Source: Lama guanicoe (taxonomy: Eukaryota). Taken from it: DNA of 28,785 nucleotides. Under the pieces are notes generated by a model. The model did no database searches. It was not told the DNA's origin and was given only the letters and a program-made list of their open reading frames with translations. Positions 25,001-28,785 of the stretch are shown here, piece by piece (the stretch's first letter is position 1; each line of letters begins with the position of its first letter). The translations under genes and the position numbers were made by a program. The stretch spans positions 1,796,711 through 1,825,495 of the forward strand of contig MU054391.1 in the NCBI GenBank assembly GCA_013239625.1, in the 5' to 3' direction.

Positions 25001-25829
25001 GTAAGTGACACATCCAGGCAGAGGCCTCAAGAGCCAGCGTCGCATTGGCCACCGTGCCTTCTCTGCCTCCGAGGTCGTGGAAACTTGGAGTCGGAGTCTC
25101 CGTGGGTCTGGGGTCCTGGGTGATGTGGGCGGAAGCCCTCACCAGCCCCCCTGCTCCCCTTTACACAGAAACGTAATTGGAGGAGCCCCCATGGGAGCCT
25201 TTTTATGGGCACAGAAACACATGAGTTTCCCCAGGCATGGAGAGAGGTTCCAGGGCACCAGCGATGGTGGCTTATTGCCTTTTGCTGACGAATCATGACG
25301 ACTGAGGAGTAATCCCCAGGGAGAGTAGCACCCACGGCCACGCGAGGAGTGAGCCCAGCCCCGCTGTGGCGGCATCGCTTGGACGCGGAGAAAGAGGATG
25401 CAAGCTGGGGTCCACAAGGGCGCGAGGAGGACTGCCGAGGCACTTAGAGCTACCTGCGGGCTGGGGGCATCTGCCGCGACCAGAAAGTCCCTTTTTACAC
25501 AGAAGGGATTTGTAGTATCTTCTAGAGATTTCTCCAGCAGTTTTAGTAATAGGCTGGCACCGCGTTGCAGGAGCCAGAGGTGAAAACACAGAGCAGACGC
25601 ATCCTGGATTTGAAGCGACCCCGTGGGGAGCCGTGGTGACTTCTCAGCTCTGCCCACAGAAGCGGCCCGAGCGTCACCCGGCTCTCGTGCTCCTGGCTCC
25701 TCTCAAGACGGTGACACAGGGTGACTGCGGCTAAATCTGAAACGTGTGTTTTCTCCCCAGAAACCAGCTGAGATGGTGAAAGAGGTTCAAGTGACACAGA
25801 GCGACTTCCTTGGTTTTGAAGGCGACGGG
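1015..25829 (+). CDS. DCDC2C: Doublecortin domain-containing protein 2C, partial multi-exon CDS: join(1015..1091,4335..4463,8887..9024,11744..11786,19660..19786,22000..22100,25761..25829)
   Basis: Seven AG/GT-bounded exons (77+129+138+43+127+101+69 = 684 nt) with compatible phases give a stop-free protein: IKPVVHCNINVPSRWQTVHRPSRQINVFTNGRLFIPPVKIIIPKFSLMEWNCVLATIGEKVFPLGGVRKLFTMNGHLLDDSKDLQDNHFYVAAGLETFKHFPYWKCPRVPGDVQQKYTDIEKYSRRKKKEDPKAKDPKKHDSSPPEAQDSVFYAKEEKKKPKAEPLVRSGADGDVYKAQTPSGESQGAPEVKEDLDMTVEVPEDQKPAEMVKEVQVTQSDFLGFEGDG. DCX-domain hallmarks are present (xxNG start, GGVRKLFTxxG, YVAAGxExFK). The sequence is collinear with human DCDC2C as I recall it. Confidence 0.95.
1161..1219. 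other. Assembly gap (59 N) inside a C/T-rich low-complexity tract (~1134-1255)
   Basis: Run of N flanked by ccctcccctcttccccccct and ccctcccctctcttccccc. Confidence 0.99.
3436..4002 (-). mobile_element. 5'-truncated L1 (ORF2 C-terminus plus 3' UTR), antisense, with target-site duplication
   Basis: T-rich tail at ~3440-3470. The minus strand reads ...PKCPSTDDWVRKM...HTMEYYSAIK, the L1 ORF2 C-terminal motif. Direct repeat agctgcattt at 3426-3435 and 4003-4012. Confidence 0.92.
4335..4463 (+). CDS. DCDC2C: DCDC2C coding exon (probably exon 4), 129 nt, phase 2->2, first half of DCX domain 2
   Basis: Acceptor ttttattcttgcag|TGTT and donor CGAAA|gtaagg; encodes (N)VFTNGRLFIPPVKIIIPKFSLMEWNCVLATIGEKVFPLGGVR(K). 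Confidence 0.95.
4575..5300 (-). mobile_element. Degenerate L2 LINE fragment(s)
   Basis: Starts tttatttgttcaacaaagttactgagcatc, like the L2 antisense terminus. The downstream purine-rich sequence loosely resembles the L2 body. Extent uncertain. Confidence 0.45.
5765..5897. repeat. 67-bp tandem duplication (2 copies, 1 mismatch), each copy containing an internal duplicated 15-mer
   Basis: Copies at 5765-5831 and 5832-5897; aatc(a/c)taagtgtcac occurs at 5770, 5791, 5837 and 5858. Confidence 0.97.
7677..7802. mobile_element. MER5A-like hAT-Charlie MITE, degenerate
   Basis: acttgttaga...cctagactcgctgcatcagaaactccggggccggggcccagc...tccgggtgactga resembles the MER5A core (ccagacctactgaatcagaaactctgggggtggggcccagc). 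Confidence 0.7.
8130..8430 (+). mobile_element. L2 LINE 3'-end fragment
   Basis: cctacctacccttcaaagccc... ending in gtgtctagttcataacagatgctcagcattgaatgaatt, like the L2 terminus. Confidence 0.6.
8887..9024 (+). CDS. DCDC2C: DCDC2C coding exon (probably exon 5), 138 nt, phase 2->2, second half of DCX domain 2
   Basis: Acceptor ttctttcttcttctgcag|GTTG and donor CAGCA|gtgagc; encodes (K)LFTMNGHLLDDSKDLQDNHFYVAAGLETFKHFPYWKCPRVPGDVQ(Q). Confidence 0.95.
11744..11786 (+). CDS. DCDC2C: DCDC2C coding exon (probably exon 6), 43 nt, phase 2->0
   Basis: Acceptor tcttttgtttttcag|GAAG and donor AAAAAA|gtaagt; encodes (Q)KYTDIEKYSRRKKK. This exon is needed to join the phase-2 and phase-0 neighbours. Confidence 0.92.
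12533..12617 (+). mobile_element. tRNA-Ala-derived SINE (camelid Vic-1-like)
   Basis: A-box-like gtggctcgggcagagc, B-box gttcaatcc and a poly(A) tail. Degenerate TSD agagccaagtgct (12520-12532) / agaactgagtgct (12617-12629). Confidence 0.85.
13038..13185 (-). mobile_element. Short L1 3'-UTR fragment, antisense
   Basis: ttttaattgaagtatagttgatt...tctggtgtacagcacagtgattcag...attacaaggt is the reverse complement of the 3' end of the sense L1 at ~17130-17275. Confidence 0.85.
13186..13312 (-). mobile_element. tRNA-Ala-derived SINE (camelid Vic-1-like), antisense
   Basis: The minus strand reads gggtgagggtatagctcagtgttagagggtgtgcttggcatgcacgaggtcctgggttcaatccccagggcctc (A and B boxes), then an A-rich tail. 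Flanked by gtatttttt on both sides. Confidence 0.9.
14985..15092 (+). mobile_element. MIR SINE fragment, degenerate
   Basis: ctggactccgatttcctcggtcggaatcctggctctgctaacagccgtgtgg resembles the MIR segment ctggagtcagac..ctgggttcgaatcccggctctgccacttactagctgtgtg. Confidence 0.55.
16624..17291 (+). mobile_element. 5'-truncated L1 (ORF2 C-terminus, 3' UTR and A tail), sense, with target-site duplication
   Basis: ccagcagtcccactcctgggcatttatcca...atggaagcaacctaaatgtcc...; encodes MDLEIVILNEVSQTEKDKYHM (L1 ORF2 C-terminus). A-rich tail at 17266-17291. TSD gaaaagaca at 16613-16621 and 17292-17300. Confidence 0.95.
19660..19786 (+). CDS. DCDC2C: DCDC2C coding exon (probably exon 7), 127 nt, phase 0->1
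   Basis: Acceptor ttcttcttcgtttgcaccgcag|GAG and donor GCAG|gtaatg; encodes EDPKAKDPKKHDSSPPEAQDSVFYAKEEKKKPKAEPLVRSGA. Confidence 0.93.
20183..20341. repeat. Cryptic trinucleotide low-complexity repeat (cct/act/gct/acc grading into cca/ccg)
   Basis: Triplet periodicity held for ~53 triplets, with recurring actgctgtcac(c/t). Confidence 0.85.
22000..22100 (+). CDS. DCDC2C: DCDC2C coding exon (probably exon 8), 101 nt, phase 1->0
   Basis: Acceptor gttgtttttccgcag|AC and donor CAG|gtgggt; encodes (D)GDVYKAQTPSGESQGAPEVKEDLDMTVEVPEDQ. Confidence 0.93.
22360..22512 (+). mobile_element. L2 3'-end fragment
   Basis: ctaacagagctcctggcaggcaggaggcccttaatgatcgcttgaatgacagaat resembles the L2 terminus. 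Confidence 0.5.
24300..24478 (+). mobile_element. L2 3'-end fragment
   Basis: aatgtctgtcttccccatgagactggcaacttctcaagggc resembles L2 tgtctgtctcccccactagactgtaagctccatgagggc. Confidence 0.6.
24518..24635 (-). mobile_element. Very short L1 3'-end fragment, antisense
   Basis: T-rich tail then ttgaagtagagtcagttcacaaggttgtgttgtttctggagcgcagcac..tcagtcacaca, homologous to 13050-13115. Confidence 0.75.
24895..25160. mobile_element. MLT1-type (ERVL-MaLR) LTR fragment
   Basis: gtggaggtaagtgacacatccaggcagaggcctcaagagccagcg and agtctccgtgggtctggggtcctgggtga resemble MLT1I/J-type motifs as recalled. Confidence 0.6.
25761..25829 (+). CDS. DCDC2C: DCDC2C coding exon (probably exon 9), 69 nt, phase 0->0
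   Basis: Acceptor gtgttttctccccag|AAA and donor GGG|gtgagt; encodes KPAEMVKEVQVTQSDFLGFEGDG, which continues the DCDC2-family EVPxDQ-[RK]PAE motif. Confidence 0.9.
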
Positions 25830-26409
25830 GTGAGTTGTTCCCACGTTTATCTTGTGCTTGATGGCTTGGGTCTCGGTTTGGACATTCTGGGTGGAGCTCG
25901 CGTGTGATGGAGAATGACCAGAGAGGCGAGTGGTCCAGGCTACGGATCAGCAGGGAGCTGGGCCGCAGCGTGTGCCTCTCGTGTGCCGGAAAGTGCAGGA
26001 GTCATTTTCGTGGCTTCTGCACGAGTTCTAATTACCTATTACCTATCGCTGTACTTCCAGTCGCAGGCTGAAAAACTTGTTTTCTGACAACTTTCAAGAT
26101 ATATTTTTAGGGGCAGGGGAGGGAGGAGAGGGGAACCGTGACAGCAGGTGTGTGGGAGGCTGCGTTGTCACGGTTACCTTGGGCATCCTTCTGGGGGTTG
26201 TCCGTGTTGTGTAAGTGGCACGTCCCGGCCGTGCACGTGGGCAGCACGTGCTCTGCAGACGACAGCGGGGACGCGCCATGTGGTTCGCGTTTTCTCTCCT
26301 CGTCCAGATGCTTTAGATGCGCCGTCCACGCAGGCGCACGCTTCTTCCCGTGGTGCACTGCGAGGTTCTGTGGCTAATCCGTAAAAACGTGTGTTGGAAA
26401 AAGGAAATT

Positions 26410-26565
26410 TACTTTGATTTTTATTTCTTTAATCCAGGGATATTGGACAACTCAAAGTCACGTATTTTTCAGGTGTACCCTTTGATGCACGCATACATGG
26501 TGAGATAACTGCCGCCACCAGGCTAAGTAACATAGCCACCACCCCAGGAGTTACAGCAGTCACCG

Positions 26566-26606
<41 letters not shown>

Positions 26607-26660
26607 TGTGTGATGAGAACATTCAAGACAAGATTTACTTTAAATGTACAATTCATGCCA
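26410..26660 (-). mobile_element. Old L1MA-type 3'-UTR fragment, antisense
   Basis: aggtgtac...tacatggtgagataact...aggctaagtaacatagccaccacc...gttac...tgtgtg..tgagaacattcaaga follows the L1MA9/10-type antisense 3' end. Confidence 0.7.
26569..26612. repeat. (TG)n microsatellite: (TG)18 TC (TG)3
   Basis: Read directly from the sequence. Confidence 0.98.
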
Positions 26661-27599
26661 CTAAGAAGCAGATTTTTTAGGAGTTTGTTTTTAGAATTCT
26701 ATCTTTAGATTTTTTTTTTAAGGTGGTTTCCTATTTCTAAACGTTTGGCTCCAGGCAGGAGGCTGTGGAGCAAATCTGGGACATCCAGTCCAGTCTGTCC
26801 TGAGGCTGAGCCCTCCAAGGATGCCAGTAAATCTGTGAACGCAGCAGCCTTGCAAGTGACCCTTTCCTGCGCTTAAACTTGCCCGCAGCCTCTTTTTAAG
26901 AAGAGGGAGAAATGACTGCAGAGGCGGTGGGTGTGGGTGTACAGGAGCCGGCGGCAGCTCCTGGTTCTTGCCCACCTTGCAGAGGGGCCCTGCGGGAAGG
27001 ACGCTGGTCCTCTGGGAGTCTGTTCGGGTTTTCAACCTCAAAGGAGTTTACGATCTAACACAGACAGTTAGAGGGGATGATCTTTCAACCCCTTTTTTCC
27101 ATCCTTACAGTCTTCGATGTTTCTGGTTGGAGGCAGGTTCAGCGAAAGTGTTCTGTCTGCATCTGGATGGTGAGGGAGGGCTCCTGATGCGGAGGGGAGG
27201 ATGCTCACCGCTGGTGACGGACTGTGTCTGGCGGTGGGAAGACGTCGATCCCAGAGCACTGGGTGACCAGGGGCCGGAAGGTCACTCGCGCTGGGGGCCG
27301 TAGAGGAGAGGGTGCTGTGTGACTCAGTTTCGGAGTGACCAATGCCGTGTTTGGAGAGAAGTGTGACGCCGGTGTTTGCCTGCCCCGAGTCAGTGCTCTC
27401 GCTTGAATGTCTGCACAGCGGCTGTTGAACTTCGGCACCTGCGCCTTCCTGACTTGGTAGATAAATGCGTCTACTCGGGCCTCTGGGAGCATCTTGGGTG
27501 TCTGTGGCTCAACGTCAGTCAGTAGGCTTAATTTCTTAGTGTGAATCAAAGTGTCTTTCTTAATGCAAGCCGTCCCGTTGGAATAATGGCAGACCAGGC

Positions 27600-27790
27600 A
27601 CTGAAGGGCTGATGCGGTTAGCCATTTTATATATATCCCTTTCCGCTGTCAGTCACTGCACGACCTCGAATGTGGCTCCTGTGCTGCACAGCAGGACCTT
27701 GCTGTGCATTTCACACGGAGCAGTTTGTGCCTGCAGACCCCAGACGCCCACCTCACCCCTCCCGCCTGTGCCCCGTGTTTGTGTTTCTTG
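27600..27790 (-). mobile_element. Degenerate L1 3'-UTR fragment, antisense
   Basis: tcctgtgctgcacagcaggaccttg...cagtttgtgcctgcagaccccagacgccc is homologous to 3597-3690. Confidence 0.7.
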
Positions 27791-28139
27791 CACCGTCTGA
27801 ATTACACTTGGGCTCTCAGTTACTTGTGTGCTTCCACTGTCTCCTCTGATGGACGGAGTTTTGTGAAAGAAGAGTTAGTTTACTGTCATTCTTGGCGCCT
27901 TGCATGTCACCGGGCGCACAGCAGCTGCGAGGGCAGTGGGCTGCTGTGCGGCTGTGGCTGCAGCTTCGGGGCAGGGGCAGGCGCTCTGGCCAGAGGGCGG
28001 GGTGGGGCGAAGCCGGGCGAGGAGCCATTCCCAGGAGAGGGGACTGAAAGATGGAGCCGAAAATTCCGTGAGCCTCAAAAGACTACGTCTTAAGGGGGAA
28101 CCATTCCCAAAGCTCTGACACTTCTCTGTATGAAAATAG

Positions 28140-28665
28140 GAAATCTTCCCTTTGGAAGATACCATGAAGTCAGAAGTCAGCCGATGTGTGGAAGAAGCTG
28201 TTTGCAACACAAGTAAGTTTTCTTAATTTATAAAGAGCTCGTGAGTGATTCATTCCAGCCAATGAAAGAAAGGCGAGTGAGGCAAATAGGAAACCCATCG
28301 GGAAGAATGCAGGTCTCCAGAAGATGCAGTGAAGAATATCCGTGTTACTTCTAATTAAAGAAATGCAAATAATAAGTGAGTTATTTTAAAAAGTGAGGCT
28401 GAGAATGTCCAGTGCTGGGAGGACGCAGGGCGGCAGCAGCGCTTGGCAGGGGTGGAGCGTGAGCAGGCGCAGCCTCTCGGGAAGGAAGAGTCTCTGTTTC
28501 TGTTAAAATTAAATCCGCACATTTTAGCCATCATTTCTGTAGGTAGGGCTGGCCCACAAATCTACTCACTCGTACAAAAAACAGCAGCAAGTGAGATATT
28601 CATCCTTAGGGGCTGGCTGATCAATTTATGCTTCACCCAGATGATGGAAACACGGCAGCTGTGAA
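28140..28665 (+). mobile_element. Ancient L1M ORF2 3' fragment
   Basis: gaagaagctgtttgcaacac...tataaagagctc...aattaaagaaatgcaaat...aatgtccagtgctgggaggacgcag follows the motif order of the L1 ORF2 3' region. Confidence 0.6.
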
Positions 28666-28673
28666 AACAATGT

Positions 28674-28785
28674 GGGGGGCCCATGTGTACGGGGGGCCCA
28701 TGTGTACGGGGGGCCCATGTGTACGGGGGGCGCCCATGAGTACGGGGGGGCCCATGTGTACTGGGGGGCCCATGTGTACGGGGGG
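28674..28785. repeat. 17-bp G-rich minisatellite (ggggggcccatgtgtac)n, >=6 copies, running off the window end
   Basis: Three perfect units at 28674-28724, followed by variant units with small insertions or substitutions. Confidence 0.97.

Noticed and set aside
26438..26472. Possible exon after ttttatttctttaatccag
   Set aside because: It lies in the T-rich end of an antisense L1MA fragment, has only weak donors and shows no resemblance to the DCDC2C tail.
467..28664. The many 60-230 aa six-frame ORFs (e.g. 17303-18001, 10778-11437, 19592-20293, 20744-21304)
   Set aside because: These are the stop-poor frames expected in GC-rich intronic DNA. They have Pro/Gly/Arg/Ala-biased composition, no recognisable domains and often non-ATG starts. 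Only those overlapping DCDC2C exons or L1 remnants have recognisable content.

Overview
This is eukaryotic (mammalian) genomic DNA, most likely camelid, because it carries two copies of a tRNA-Ala-derived SINE resembling the camelid Vic-1 family. The window holds the middle of a + strand multi-exon gene recognisable as DCDC2C (doublecortin domain containing 2C). Seven GT-AG exons (1015-1091, 4335-4463, 8887-9024, 11744-11786, 19660-19786, 22000-22100, 25761-25829; probably exons 3-9) splice with matching phases into one 684-nt, 228-codon open frame. That frame encodes the second DCX domain and the Lys-rich then acidic tail; the start and stop codons lie outside the exons identified. The introns are GC-rich and retain many CpGs. 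They contain 5'-truncated L1s (two with target-site duplications), SINEs, old L2/MIR/MER5A/MLT1 fragments, a nested 67-bp tandem duplication, a (TG)n, a cryptic triplet repeat, a 17-bp G-rich minisatellite and a 59-N gap. Almost all of the supplied six-frame ORFs are chance intronic frames. I see no convincing new biological system. The best leads are inverted L1s bracketing three exons (possible circRNA), a palindromic motif cluster, a candidate L1-derived cryptic exon and GC-biased decay of repeats. Gene and repeat-family names rest on recalled sequences, not database searches.
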